Under the pieces are notes generated by a model, which had not been told where the DNA came from, did not search any database, and saw only the letters and a list, made by a program, of their open reading frames with translations. Made by a program: the position numbers and the translations under genes. Shown here one piece after another: positions 10,010 through 20,577 of a stretch of 64,000 bases of DNA (its first letter is position 1; every line of letters begins with the position of its first letter). This stretch comes from a virus: the IMG/VR virus record IMGVR_UViG_3300018080_000003, positions 64,001 through 128,000 of that record; one strand, given 5' to 3'.

Positions 10010-11104
10010 CATACGTTCCAGCCGGTGAAGCGCATGTTCTTGATCAGCGCGAAGCGGGTGGGCTTCAGCTGTCCTTGGATGATCTCGTGGTCGAGTCGTC
10101 CATCTCGGTATCGGATGAGCTTGATCTGACCAGGTCCTGGGAGGCAGGGGCTGTCGGGACCAGCGGGGGTGTTGGGGATGCTGGTGTAGTGTCCCTCTTC
10201 GATGTCGAGGTAGCTCGTAGCTACAATGTCGTTCATGAGTTCTTCTTCTTCTTCTTCTTCTTCAGAAAGCCGATGATCTCTCGGAATTGCTTGGCGGTCA
10301 TGGTGACGATCATCTGATCGCTCATGGTTTCGAGGTCGTTGAGGTCGTCGTCGGACCAAATCCACTTGCCGTCTCGTTCTTCGCATGCGGAACGCATCCG
10401 CTCAAGCTGAGAGCGGAGCTTGTCGCGCTCGGCTTCAGCCTGGATGAGGGCTTCGGCGAGTGTGTGGCTCTTGATACCAGAAGCAACGTGGCTCATGACT
10501 CTTTCTCTTCAATCTTCTTGATGGCTTCACCGAAGTGCTTAAGCGCTTCGTAGAACTGGTCTTCATCGAACCAGTAGCTCAGTCGGTAGCGTGGTTTGTC
10601 CCTGATGTCGGTCTTGGCGATGATGTACGGAGCGGCAGTGGCCTGTCTAGCACGGGCCTCGTCGAGCTGTTTGTACATCGACTGGAGCAGCTCTTTGCCT
10701 TGGTTCTTCTCTTGGAGAGCTTGCAAAGCCTTGTTGACGTGTTCGACGATCTTGTCGAGGTTGAAGGTGCCATCTTTGCGTACCTTGAAGGTCTTGTCGG
10801 GGACAACCTTCCGGCCATGTAGGCGTACGCCTTCGACGGTCAGCTCGGGATTCTTGGTGCTCCAGCTTTGGAATCCTCCAGCAGAGTGTCGAAATTCTTC
10901 TCTGATCCAAACAGAGACGTTCCCGTGCGGGTTGAGTCGTTTGAGGTCTGCGTTTGAGACGAACATCTGCTGAGGTCTATCCCAACTGCTGCTCGTCTTT
11001 GCGTCCAAGACCTTGAAGTCTTCTTCGCAGAATCGGCTGAAGGCCTGGTTCCAGGCTCGCTTCATCTTCGAAGAGAGGCTGAGTTCTTCGTATTTCTTGT
11101 TCAT
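10009..11104 (-). other. Three hypothetical CDS (10009-10236, 10233-10496, 10493-11104)
   Basis: ATGA-coupled - strand ORFs. Confidence 0.6.
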
Positions 11105-11124
11105 TTGTTGTTCCCCTTTCTTAG

Positions 11125-11196
11125 AGCCACCAACAGGAGTCGAACCTGCAACCGTCGCCTTACAAGAGCGCTGCTCTACCGTTGAGCCATGGTGGC
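11125..11196 (-). tRNA. tRNA-Thr(TGT)
   Basis: GCCACCA/TGGTGGC acceptor, GCTC/GAGC D-stem, loop CTTGTAA, GGTTCGACTCC T-arm; CCA not encoded. Confidence 0.9.
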
Positions 11197-11198
11197 GA

Positions 11199-11567
11199 TC
11201 AAGGCTTATCTCCTCTCAGGCACCTGCCATGGTGTCCGAGGGCGAGAACGCACCCACCTCTCTGGCAAGTGACGATGTTGTAGGACGTAGCGCCGTCCGC
11301 CCCTCGGGGCGGTGCGGGGTGGGTAGCCGCCATCGGGCGGCCCTTCAAAAGCTCGTGCTCTTGGCGATATACTTTGGCCCAGGCTTCGAGGTCGGCGGTG
11401 TTTCTGGTGTCGGGGTAGTTGAAGCGGGGGAGGCCGCAGGCGCACTTCTGACCGCATCCGCAGTGACAGAAGAAGCCGCACCAGTTCTCTTCCTCTTTGG
11501 GCTTCTCTTCAGTGCACACGCAGACGCACTTCTCTCCTTCACACCACGGGCAGGTGGGGTCATTCAT
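11199..11567 (-). CDS. Cys-rich hypothetical protein
   Basis: CPWC, CVCVC, CHCGC and C-terminal C/H cluster. Confidence 0.5.
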   Translation of the reverse strand: MNDPTCPWCEGEKCVCVCTEEKPKEEENWCGFFCHCGCGQKCACGLPRFNYPDTRNTADLEAWAKVYRQEHELLKGRPMAATHPAPPRGADGATSYNIVTCQRGGCVLALGHHGRCLRGDKP

Positions 11568-11836
11568 GGCGACTCGGGGCTCTCTTCTGGAAGCTGAAGC
11601 CACCAGTACTCTTCTCGCTGGGTCACGAGGCCTTGCTTCCGGAGGTAGTTGAGGTGAAACCAAGCAGTCTGGTAGGACATGTCGATGGCTTCGGCGACTT
11701 CGCTGGTGGATGCGCACTCAAGCGCGTGGATGCAGCGGATGACTTGACCTCGGGTGGTCTGGCTGGCGATCCAACAGAGGTGGCGGTCGGGCAGCTTTCG
11801 GACCTCTTCTGCCTCCCAGCGAGCGTCACTCATCAA
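11564..11836 (-). CDS. Winged helix-turn-helix protein (ArsR-like)
   Basis: STSEVAEAIDMSYQTAWFHLNYLRKQGLV. Confidence 0.7.
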   Translation of the reverse strand: MMSDARWEAEEVRKLPDRHLCWIASQTTRGQVIRCIHALECASTSEVAEAIDMSYQTAWFHLNYLRKQGLVTQREEYWWLQLPEESPESP

Positions 11837-12026
11837 TCTTCTTGCTCCTCGTTAGAGGGAGGAAGGGTGCAGGTGTGAGGATGAGCAGGATTCCGATGAC
11901 CAGGATCAGCTGGTCGAGGTCGCTCACCTTCTCATACACAGCCTTAACTCACTCCTAGCTTGGATTTCAGCCTCTTGAGGTCGTCCATCTCTCCATCCAG
12001 CCATCGTTCTCGCTTTTGGATGAAGT

Positions 12027-12613
12027 CTAAAGCCTCTTGGCTTTTCCCAGAGATGGCTTTCTTGATCGCTTCTGAGTGGATTCGCAGTCTTGGACAAGGA
12101 AGGTCTCGTTGGAGCTGCCGATGAAGTGGTCGGGATGGATGACACTGATGGTCCAGGCGCCGTATCTGGGATCACGGAAGATCAGAATACGAGAGCCTTC
12201 GGTGAAGAGGCTGTACTCCTGGATGAAGTCGAAGAGGTCTTCGATTCCGAGTTCGGATTTCTCCTTCATAACTCCTCGCTGCTCTTGCAACTCTTGGATG
12301 GCCTTCTTCAGGTCTTCTTGCTTCGGCATCACGGTCCCTCCATCATGATGTCGATACCTTCTTTCTTGAAGACCTTGGCGAAGTGCTTGCGGATGGTCTT
12401 GATGGCGTCTTCGACGCTGAGGATGGTTCCAGGTACGCCCATGTACTCCACGACAAAGGTGTTCTCGCGTGGAATTTGGTACTTTCGGATGGCACTGCTG
12501 AGAGCCTGACCTGCGTTACCGGTGGTCTGCACTCTGAGGGCGCTCGCCATCTCTCCTTGGGAGGTGTAGGTGGTGACGCGGTACTCGTGTTGCTCGATCT
12601 TCCTTCTTGGCAT
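12027..12613 (-). other. Two hypothetical CDS (12027-12332, 12329-12613)
   Basis: Coupled ORFs. Confidence 0.55.
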
Positions 12614-13011
12614 TATCCCAACCTCTCGTGCCTTTGTGCCACCTCGATCGCCTCCTTGGCCTCTTTGAGTCCGAGGCCAGTGGTCTCTCGCAGCTGCTTG
12701 ATGGCAGGGATCTTTCCGATCCTGCCGTCGGGACCGGGCTGGTGAAGGATTTTCGCGGCGGACAACACTTTGTTGACGAACACGTCGAGCCCTAGGTAGG
12801 TAGGCCGATAGGGTTTCAGTGCTTCCTTGATTTCGTCCTTCAGCGTGTTGCGTGTCCGGAAGGCTTGGATGATGTCGTCAGCGGTACTGATGGCTGTTGA
12901 TGCTGCCATGAGTACGCCCTGGTTTTGACGGATGGCGGCGACTACAGCCATTTTCCACAGCTCGGCCTCGTCTTTGTTGATGAATGGGCGGTCTTTTTCT
13001 TTGATGGGCAT
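12613..13011 (-). CDS. Protein ending in a ribosomal bL12 (L7/L12) C-terminal-like domain
   Basis: KIPAIKQLRETTGLGLKEAKEAIE. Confidence 0.75.
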   Translation of the reverse strand: MPIKEKDRPFINKDEAELWKMAVVAAIRQNQGVLMAASTAISTADDIIQAFRTRNTLKDEIKEALKPYRPTYLGLDVFVNKVLSAAKILHQPGPDGRIGKIPAIKQLRETTGLGLKEAKEAIEVAQRHERLG

Positions 13012-13690
13012 GGTTTACTCGTGACGAAGCTCTCGAAGGTCGATGCCATCGGAATCGGCACATTCGAGCCGGACGTCGATCTCTTCGCGCATGGCGAGAA
13101 GCGCGCGGTAGTAGTCTTCGATCTGCAAGTCTGCAGCTCTATCTGCGAGCTGGTTCATGCGCTCGCGGTATTCTTCGAGGTTGTTCATCAGACCTTCTCT
13201 TCCTTTTCTACAGCTGGCATGATGTCTCTTCCTCTTTTCTCGCTTCATCGGCGAGGTACTTGTGGTCGTCGCAGTAGCAGACGCTTTTGAAGCTTCCGAA
13301 GGCGAGATGGCGTCCGTTCTTGGAGCAGGTGACGCCCTTGCGGCGGAAGCCGCAGCGCATGGGGATGACTTTGGGTGGCGGTCCGCCGCGGCGGGTTCCT
13401 CCGGGCTTGCGTCGGATGTAGCCCCAGTCGCCGCAGGTCGTACAGATGCGGCGGTTCTTGTGGAAGTCGTCGTAGAAGGGCCCCCAAGTGTGGTTTCCGG
13501 GGGCGCAGCTTGGCTTACTCATGGTTCTCTGGACGTTCGTAGATGTTGACGATCCAAACGTTTCTCTTCTTCTCTTGTGTCGGTTCACAGCAACAAGCGT
13601 TTTGGGTCAGTTTCGATGCGATGAGCCAAGAGATCGAGACGCTGATTGCGATGAGGAAGAGGCCTTCCAAGGTTCTTTTGTCGTGTCTGC

Positions 13691-14809
13691 TCATGTTCTA
13701 ATCTCAGGGCTCCACTCCTCAGGGTTGAGTCCGTAGGTCCAGGCGTTCGCTTGACGCGCTGTCGTCATCTCGGGCGGGACCGGCAGCACGAACGTGCGCC
13801 CGGTCCCGCACCGCACCTGCAGGAACTGCTCACCGGGCGCGTCAGGCAGATCCACGCGCAGCAGCTTGCCCACCTCCGGGCTGTCCTCGTCGACCACGAC
13901 GGGCGACAACTGGTCAAGGACCTTGTCCCAGCCGACGATCTCAGCCAAGCACCGCCGCTGCTCGATGTTCTCCCAGGTCAGCGCCAGCTTGGGGTCGACG
14001 TCGGCTGTCTGCTCGATCCAATCCGCTGGCACCCGTGTGCCGTGCCACGCGTGCACGGCGAACCCGTCGCGGCACAGGATGGCCGGGCCATCTTCGCAAT
14101 GTAGGCGTCGCTCAGCGTCGAAGCGGACGCGTTCGTGTCGCTCCGCGCAAAAGCACACGCCCTCGTATGGGAACCACCACCCCGACGCTGCCGCTAGGCG
14201 CTCCCATTGCCGTAGTAGCTCATCATCCTTCGAGGCGTATTCCGCCCCCGCGACGTCACGGCAAGCCGCATAGTGGCCTATCCAGAATCCCGGCTGCGCG
14301 AGGTGCCAGCCGTTGTCCAGCTCCCTGCGGGCCTGGCCCCCGAGCTGGCCCCCGAGCTGGCCCCAGAGCTGGTCCCAGAGCTGGCCCCAGAGCTGGCCCC
14401 CGAGCTGGCCCCAGAGCTGGCCCCCGAGCTGGCCCCAGAGCTGGTCCCAGAGCTGGCCCCAGAGCTGGCCCCCGAGCTGGCCCCGGAGCGGGCCCCGGAG
14501 CTGGCCCCCGAGCTGGCCCCAGAGCTGGCCCCCGAGCTGGCCCCCGAGCTGGCCCCCGAGCTGGCCCCGGAGCTTGCCCCTCTTTGAGAGGCTCGCCACG
14601 AGCGTGGCTTCTAGGCAACTAGCCAGCGGCCCGCTTCCCCAAACGAACGCCGGCCGATCTTTGCCAATGCGCCGGTAGAAGCCTGTGATCACCTCCTCGG
14701 TGGTCTCCCGGTCTGCCGGGTCTGTGCACGAGCCGATAGCTACCCAGCGCTCACGCTCGCGCGCCACAGCGGCCCACTGATCTGCGCTCAGCGCTTCAAT
14801 CCTCGACAC
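13691..14809 (-). CDS. DUF6745-like protein with tetrapeptide repeat tract
   Basis: GWWFPY..., [26 protein letters not shown] and AWTYGL motifs; GTG start overlapping upstream gene. Confidence 0.75.
   Translation of the reverse strand: MSRIEALSADQWAAVARERERWVAIGSCTDPADRETTEEVITGFYRRIGKDRPAFVWGSGPLASCLEATLVASLSKRGKLRGQLGGQLGGQLGGQLWGQLGGQLRGPLRGQLGGQLWGQLWDQLWGQLGGQLWGQLGGQLWGQLWDQLWGQLGGQLGGQARRELDNGWHLAQPGFWIGHYAACRDVAGAEYASKDDELLRQWERLAAASGWWFPYEGVCFCAERHERVRFDAERRLHCEDGPAILCRDGFAVHAWHGTRVPADWIEQTADVDPKLALTWENIEQRRCLAEIVGWDKVLDQLSPVVVDEDSPEVGKLLRVDLPDAPGEQFLQVRCGTGRTFVLPVPPEMTTARQANAWTYGLNPEEWSPEIRT
14333..14572 (-). repeat. 12-bp tandem repeat, 20 units, encoding L-(G/W/R)-(G/D)-Q (one unit LRGP)
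   Basis: CTGGCCCC(C/A)GAG-type units read directly. Confidence 0.95.
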
Positions 14810-15131
14810 GTCGCCAGCCCTCCGGGGTGTACTCGCGCTGGCGCCGCAACTCGAAGGTGCCGGCGGGGATGAGAAGCGACTCGTGCGTGTCGACGGGGCG
14901 GTGGTGCTCAAGCACGATGGGCGACTCGCACCGCAGGTAGCAGACCATGGGGTCCGCGGGCTCTCGCCATAGCTCGGCGTCCGATGGGATCGTGTGGTGG
15001 TGGCCCGTCTCACTGTGGGCCACTACGTGGTGGTCGCCGGTGGCATGGATGCGCTCTGCGGCCTCTGGGATGGTGTTGATGCGACGGATCAAGAGATCGC
15101 CCTGTGCAGCTTGGTTGTTGAACTTCATCAT
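14796..15131 (-). CDS. Small His-rich protein (QGD motif), typical neighbour of DUF6745 genes
   Basis: QGDLLIRR, HSETGHHH, HE...RRQREY. Confidence 0.7.
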   Translation of the reverse strand: MMKFNNQAAQGDLLIRRINTIPEAAERIHATGDHHVVAHSETGHHHTIPSDAELWREPADPMVCYLRCESPIVLEHHRPVDTHESLLIPAGTFELRRQREYTPEGWRRVED

Positions 15132-15145
15132 GTTTCTTCTTCCTT

Positions 15146-15358
15146 TCATGGCTCCAGTTGTTCTGAGAACCTCGAAGGCTTGTAGAAGCCTTCGAGGATG
15201 CCGTCGATGACGGCCTTGAGGGTGTAGTAGGGCTCGTATGGCGTGGGTGTCTTCGCGAGGGAGACGACGGTTTCCTTGTCGATCTTGCTCACGTTCTCGG
15301 GCCAGAGGTCTTCATCGACGATTCTACGCGCCTTCTTCTGCCAGGCGGTTCCGCTCAT
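15146..15358 (-). CDS. Hypothetical protein
   Basis: ATGA overlap with MazG-like stop. Confidence 0.5.
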   Translation of the reverse strand: MSGTAWQKKARRIVDEDLWPENVSKIDKETVVSLAKTPTPYEPYYTLKAVIDGILEGFYKPSRFSEQLEP

Positions 15359-16044
15359 CGCAGGGGTCCTTTCCAGAGTCGGTGGGGAATGGCACCGCGT
15401 AGCTGTTTCGCGGTGAAAGGGTCGATGTTGTCTGTGTTTTCTCTCCTGGCGTAGAGCAGGGTGCCGTTCCAGCATTTGGTAATCTGCCACCAGTAGGTGC
15501 CGGAGAAGAACCACCTCGCGAATTCTCCGTCGGTTCGCTCCCACCAGGGGAGAAGGTCGTCCTCGTTGTCTTCTTCGGGGTCTTCTGGCTCTTCGCCCTC
15601 GATGTAGTAGCCGTCGTCGTGAAGCATCACGCGGGGGATGGGCATTTCCAGGCTTTGCCGATTGAACTTTTGTGTGACAGCTTCTCCAAGATCGATGTTG
15701 AGCGAGTCGGCGAGCAGTCCGAGGTAGATGGCGGTGTCGGCCAGCTCGAAGGCGAGCTTGGTTTTCAGATCGTCTGAGAGGATCGATTCGTCTGAGAGAC
15801 CACAGCGGTCCACGAGCCCAGAAGAGTTCTTGATGTCTTCCAGGTCGACTTCGAAGTCACCTCGGAGCACCTTCTTCAGCAGGTTGGCGAACTCTCCTAG
15901 CTCGCCCATCGTGGCGAGCGTCCAGCGCTCGGGTGTCCACTTGGCGTCAGGCTTCTGTGCGAGGCCGCCTCGGGCGTTGCGGAAGCGCTTGTTGCGCTTG
16001 CGTGAGGCTTCTTGGAGAGCCTTGAAGCTGAGGTCTTTTGACAT
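15355..16044 (-). CDS. MazG-like nucleotide pyrophosphohydrolase
   Basis: MGELGEFANLLKK ... ELAD...Y...LA...IDL...KFN. Confidence 0.8.
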   Translation of the reverse strand: MSKDLSFKALQEASRKRNKRFRNARGGLAQKPDAKWTPERWTLATMGELGEFANLLKKVLRGDFEVDLEDIKNSSGLVDRCGLSDESILSDDLKTKLAFELADTAIYLGLLADSLNIDLGEAVTQKFNRQSLEMPIPRVMLHDDGYYIEGEEPEDPEEDNEDDLLPWWERTDGEFARWFFSGTYWWQITKCWNGTLLYARRENTDNIDPFTAKQLRGAIPHRLWKGPLR

Positions 16045-16218
16045 GCTGGGTGCTCTTTCTTGAAAGATGGGCGCAGGGAGCCGAGGAGGACCGGGTGTCG
16101 ACACGCGCTGAGGCTTGGCTATCGCTCCAGCGACAGTCGACGATGAGGTCTTTCCTCGGCCCCCTTTGCCCGAGGTATTAGGAGAACAAACAATGCAAAC
16201 AGCCGGAGATGACTGCGG

Positions 16219-16287
16219 AGGCTGGTTGAGGATTCGAACCTCGAAGAGGGGCGCGCTCTTCAGCTACTCTTCAGCCGGACGCCAGCC
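16219..16287 (-). ncRNA. tRNA-like RNA / pseudo-tRNA (69 nt)
   Basis: GGCTGG/CCAGCC acceptor, CGGCT/AGCTG arm, AAGAG-CGCGCCC-CTCTT arm, GAGG-TTCGAAT-CCTC T-arm; no U33, no variable loop. Confidence 0.55.
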
Positions 16288-16361
16288 AAGTGTGTCGAAG
16301 GGGCTGTTTCATGTTGGACTACGTGATGGGATCTCCCCACCCACCATGGCCCCTTCGGCAC

Positions 16362-16398
16362 GTAACTCATGTTACTGCAGGACGCCCTGCCGTTGCAA
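16362..16398 (-). promoter_or_regulatory. Promoter TTGCAA-18-TAACAT overlapped by GTAAC-N4-GTTAC site
   Basis: GTAACtcatGTTAC at 16362-16375. Confidence 0.5.
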
Positions 16399-16878
16399 CT
16401 CTTCGATGACTTTCTTCGCCATCCGCTTGGTGCGTCGCGAGCCGAGCATGCGCCTGAGCGCTGCTTCTTCCTTTTTGCCAGCAAGCTCGGGTGGCTCGTC
16501 GTCGTCGAAGGTGAACCAAGAGCCGATGTTTCCGTAGACGCTCTGCTCCGCTTTCTGGATGAAGCGGGTCGGGGCGTTCACTTCTGCGCCGACGCGCATG
16601 GTGACGACAGTCGCTCTGAGTTCGTTGAAGTCGCAGAACTGGTCGGATCGCTTCGCAAGCTCAGAAGAGATGTCTTTCTTACCTCCCGGTGGCTCGCTGA
16701 GACTCTCGCCGAGGCCGAGCCAGTGGCCCATCTCATGGGCGAGGAACTCCACCAGGTGCCAATTGGGCCAGTCACCCATCCGGTAGTGGGGTTTTTGCAT
16801 GCGGTGGTACTCGGCGATCTCCGTGACGGGCAACCACTCAGCAGCGAGCGCTTCGAGTCTCTCTTGGTTGATCTTCAT
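16372..16878 (-). CDS. Hypothetical protein with HExxH motif
   Basis: FLAHEMGHW. Confidence 0.55.
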   Translation of the reverse strand: MKINQERLEALAAEWLPVTEIAEYHRMQKPHYRMGDWPNWHLVEFLAHEMGHWLGLGESLSEPPGGKKDISSELAKRSDQFCDFNELRATVVTMRVGAEVNAPTRFIQKAEQSVYGNIGSWFTFDDDEPPELAGKKEEAALRRMLGSRRTKRMAKKVIEELQRQGVLQ

Positions 16879-16886
16879 CTTCGGAC

Positions 16887-17997
16887 CTAGCTCTTTGGTG
16901 AGAGCGCCTCCATGTCGTCGAAGACCTTGAACAGCTCGTGGGCGCTTCTGGTGATCTTCTCTACATGACTCTGTCTCTCGTGGTACTCGGCTTGAACGAG
17001 CTTGAAGACGAAGGACCAGAGGTTGTCGAGGGCATCGGACGGGCTTTGGGACTCTCCTGAGGTCACGAGGAAGGTACCCTCCGGATCTCCCTCGTAGATT
17101 TCTCGCACCCGCGCATGCCAGCCTTTCTCGCCCTCGAATATTTCGAGCTGGAGAGGCTTTGAGAGGGCCAGACTGGCTGCTTTCAAGAGTAGCTCTACGC
17201 GTTGGTTGGTCATGATCAGGGCTCCTCTCCTTCGGGACCGAAGAACTGTGCGATGGCGCGCGCCCTGCCCCCGGTGAACATGTCGGCGGTCTGCTCGGCG
17301 GTGAGACCGAGGCGGATGAGGCATTTGCCGGTCTTCTTGCTTCGGATCTCGAAGAAGTAGCAGCCGTTGCCCTTCTGCAAGCGCACGACGGCGTCTTGGA
17401 CGGGCTTGAACCGAACGAGCTTCTCCTCGTCGTACGAGGGCATGTCGTCGTAGTCGAACTCGCTGAAGCTGGGCGGCTCGGTTCCGAGCCCGATGCGGGT
17501 CTGGTTGAGTGCCTGGCGTTGCTCCTTGGTGGGGAAGCCGGCGAGGGTCTTGTCGAATTTGTCTTCCATGATGTTGGTGCTCATTGGTTTTGGATCTCCT
17601 CGCGGAGCTTCAGCAGTTGCGCTTGGGCTACTTCAAGCCTTTCTCGCAGAACTTCGTTGTACTGTTTGGTCTTCTCGATGGCGTACTTCAGCGCTTGGGT
17701 GCGCGTGTAGAAGAGCCTGGACACCTCAGGCTTGTTGAGGCGCCTTTGAATCCACTTCGTGGTCGTACGCCCTGTAGGGCAGTTGTTCTCTGACACCATC
17801 CAGTCGTCGATCAGGTCGGCTCCAGCGCGGCCGGTGTCGTGGGGCGCGTACTCAGCCCACGTGCAGTGCTCGTAGTAGGTGTAGGTATTCTCGAAGACGT
17901 GGTACTTGTCGGAGTAGAAGGAGACGTGAAACAGCGTGAAGCTGTCTCGGTCTTGTGGGTCTTCGAGGATCTTTTTGATCTCTTCTTCTGAGGTCAT
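16887..17997 (-). other. Three hypothetical CDS (16887-~17213, 17216-17584, 17581-~17997)
   Basis: Coupled - strand ORFs. Confidence 0.55.
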
Positions 17998-19190
17998 GCC
18001 GTCCACCCGAACAGGTCGCTGTCATCGTCGAGCGTGCCGTGGTCGGGCTCAGCGTCCTGGCCCACGGGGCCAGAGGGCGGAGCGCTCACGGGCGGAAGCT
18101 CGTCGACCGAGGGCGGCGGAGGCGGAGCCTCCGAAGCGGGCGGCGGGGAGGCGTCCGAAGTGCGCGTCTCCGCGGCGGGCTCCGGCTCCTCCTCGTCGAG
18201 GAAGTCGACCACCTGACCCTGGAGCAGCGAGCGGAAGTGCCGCTGGTAAAGCTCCTGGGTCTCCTGAAGGGGCGTCATGACGCTCGCCTCGATGACCTCC
18301 TTGTAGAGGGAGAGCTTGTTGCCGAGCTGCTGCATGTTCTCCAGCTGGCGCTTGATGTAGCCCTCGCGGCTCTTGGGCTTGCCCTTGGCGGTGAGCGAGG
18401 GGCTCTTGGCCTCTTCGATCTCACGCTGCAGGCGCTCCTTCATCTCGGCCAGCTCCTCGGTGAGCTTGCGCTTGCCGGCGTCCTGCATGACGGCCACGTC
18501 GTGGGCGGCGCCCATCGTGGTCTTCGGGTCGCGCAGGTAGTAGATGCCGAGCCGGACCCGGCACTCGTCCATGAAGGCGTGGAGCGCAGGGGCGTTGTGG
18601 TGGATGATGTAGTAGTTGTTGCCACCACCGAGGCTCTTGCTGCCTCCGGCCTGCTCGACGGCAGCGCGGAGCGCTTTGCCCAGCTGGCTCGCATCCATGT
18701 TCTCCAGCAGGGAGTTGGCCTGTTGGGCGATGTCTTCGGCACGCTTGCGCGCCTCCTCATCGGGGAAGGTGCTCTGCCCCTCGGGCGGGAATGCGCGGGC
18801 CTGGACGATGGTGTTGCCGTCCTCGTCGAGGCCCAGGTTGCCGATGCGCACGCGGGCGAGGCAGGTGTACTCGTCGCCCGATTCGTCATCGCCGGTGACC
18901 TCGGTCACGTGGATGGCCATGGGCGTGTCTGGGTTGGGGTGCACGAATTCGCGCACCAGGTAGCCCTTGGGGTTGCGCCCTCGCCGCGACGCGGCCTTCA
19001 GGGCGCTGTCGGGCTTGGGCGGTCGCTCGACGAGCGAAGCGAAGCCGTGCTCCTGGAACACCTTGAGGGCGTCGCGGCGCGGGACGTAGACGCCCGTCAC
19101 GGCGAACTCGATGCGGTCGCCGAGCCAGGTCGCGCCGTGCTTCTCGCAGCGCTTGCGGGTCTCTTTGATGGTCTCTGATTCGATGGTCAT
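17994..19190 (-). CDS. Hypothetical protein, possibly DUF6744-like, with coiled coil and acidic/Pro-rich tail
   Basis: 398 aa with strong GC3 coding pattern; family call is a tentative recollection. Confidence 0.6.
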   Translation of the reverse strand: MTIESETIKETRKRCEKHGATWLGDRIEFAVTGVYVPRRDALKVFQEHGFASLVERPPKPDSALKAASRRGRNPKGYLVREFVHPNPDTPMAIHVTEVTGDDESGDEYTCLARVRIGNLGLDEDGNTIVQARAFPPEGQSTFPDEEARKRAEDIAQQANSLLENMDASQLGKALRAAVEQAGGSKSLGGGNNYYIIHHNAPALHAFMDECRVRLGIYYLRDPKTTMGAAHDVAVMQDAGKRKLTEELAEMKERLQREIEEAKSPSLTAKGKPKSREGYIKRQLENMQQLGNKLSLYKEVIEASVMTPLQETQELYQRHFRSLLQGQVVDFLDEEEPEPAAETRTSDASPPPASEAPPPPPSVDELPPVSAPPSGPVGQDAEPDHGTLDDDSDLFGWTA

Positions 19191-19620
19191 CAGTAGTCTC
19201 CGTCACAGAGCACGATGGCTCGCTTGTTGGCGTAGTGGTCGGTGCTGTCGTAGACCTCGTGGAGGTCGCTGGCCTTCAGATCGGATCCGTCGAGCTGCTG
19301 TTCCTTCAGCTCTTTCTTCAAGATCGCTTTCGCCTCGACGCGAGACTCGGCGAGCACGATGGCGGCGGTGCCCGTAGGCTGACGGCCTGTGAATGCTGTG
19401 CAGGTGTAGATCTTCATGGTTGTTCTCCTTCTTCTTGCTCCCAGTAGGGATCGGGTTGCTCGGGTGCGCCGTACTCCTTGAGCGCACGCTGGGCCAGCCA
19501 TCGGATAGCCTTCAGGCTCTCGGCAGGGTTCTGCGTTGTCTCAGTGGCGACCAGGATGCCGCGCATGTACTCGGTCAGCGCGATCGCCTGCTCGCAGTTG
19601 CAAAGCTCGTCGGTTGCCAT
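19190..19620 (-). other. Two small hypothetical CDS (19190-19417, 19414-19620)
   Basis: Coupled ORFs with AAGGAG/GAGG RBS. Confidence 0.55.
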
Positions 19621-19621
19621 G

Positions 19622-19969
19622 TCAGTTGTCCTCGTTGATGACTTTGATGGCCTCGGTCTCGCTACCGTTCCACTCGGTGCGGATGCCAAACTTGCTGAGA
19701 GTTCGAACGACGGTGCTCGCGATGTCTTTGGCTTCGAAGGGAACGCCAGGCGTCTTGCCGTAGTAGAGGTGGAAGTTGTGTCCTTCTGCTTTTCGCTCTC
19801 CCTCTTGCTGGTGGAAGAACACGTACCCGATGCCATCGCGCTTCCCCTCTTCGAGGTCACGTTCCAGCTTGGACAGAGCGCAGCTCTGGCAGCAGCTGTA
19901 GTTTTGTAGCGCGATGATCTGCTTTCGTCGCAGCGCCTTGAAGGCGCGGGTCAGTCTCGTGCTTGTCAT
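19622..19969 (-). CDS. DUF6891-like protein
   Basis: RLTRAFKAL...IIALQNYSCCQSCA...GYVFFHQQ...EWNGS. Confidence 0.65.
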   Translation of the reverse strand: MTSTRLTRAFKALRRKQIIALQNYSCCQSCALSKLERDLEEGKRDGIGYVFFHQQEGERKAEGHNFHLYYGKTPGVPFEAKDIASTVVRTLSKFGIRTEWNGSETEAIKVINEDN

Positions 19970-20080
19970 GCTTGTTCCCTTTCTTCTTCGCGTCTTGAAT
20001 CGAGGCTCGTCCTCCAGGATTGGAGAGGAGGACAGGTCGCACAGAAGACGAGCCCCGATTCGAGGCGCGAAGCCTCTGGT

Positions 20081-20110
20081 ATTGTTCGTTACCGCTGTTA
20101 CTAGTGTCAA
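20081..20110 (-). promoter_or_regulatory. Promoter TTGACA-18-AACAAT with GTAAC-N4-GTAAC in the spacer
   Basis: Read directly on the - strand. Confidence 0.6.
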
Positions 20111-20577
20111 GCGAAAGATGATCAGCTTGAAACCTTCACCCACTGGACGCCCAGCTGTCTGGCTGCTTCGACGTCGCAGTTCTTGTCTCGGTAGATCCCT
20201 TCTGGGTCCAGACTGGAGGGCTCAACTGGGTCTCCCGGGAAGAAGGTCCAGACGCTCAGGTCCTCCTCGTTTTCTTCGTCTTCTGGACGCGGGCGTAGTG
20301 CTCATGCCCAGTGCGTGGAAGCCAGTGGAAACAGCGCTTTCACTTCTTTTAGGCGTTCGCCCCTGTAGTGGAACTTCTCAGACAGTCTCTTAGGTCCCCA
20401 GAACCATCGAGCCTGAAAGCTGTTCCAGCATAGGTAGTTTCCTCCGATCGACAAGATCACCATCATCCCTCCTCGGAAGTCCCCGAGCCTTGCGGCTGAG
20501 GCCCAGAAGGCAGAACAGCGCCCTTCGGGGCGCCGCGCTGCGTGGCTCATGCGTTCACGTGCTCTAGCGTTCGCGGC

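Noticed and set aside
10240-10263. (TTC)n tract as a phase-variation switch
   Set aside because: Triplet repeat encoding a poly-Lys C-terminus; slippage would not shift the frame
14333-14572. CRISPR array
   Set aside because: Contiguous 12-bp units without spacers, in frame inside a CDS
15355-16044. Z-base (diaminopurine) or other DNA-modification pathway
   Set aside because: MazG-like, NT5C and dNMP kinase genes are dispersed and common in viruses; no PurZ or modifying enzyme seen
16069-16170. SRP (4.5S) RNA
   Set aside because: Long hairpin, but the conserved SRP domain IV motif is absent on both strands
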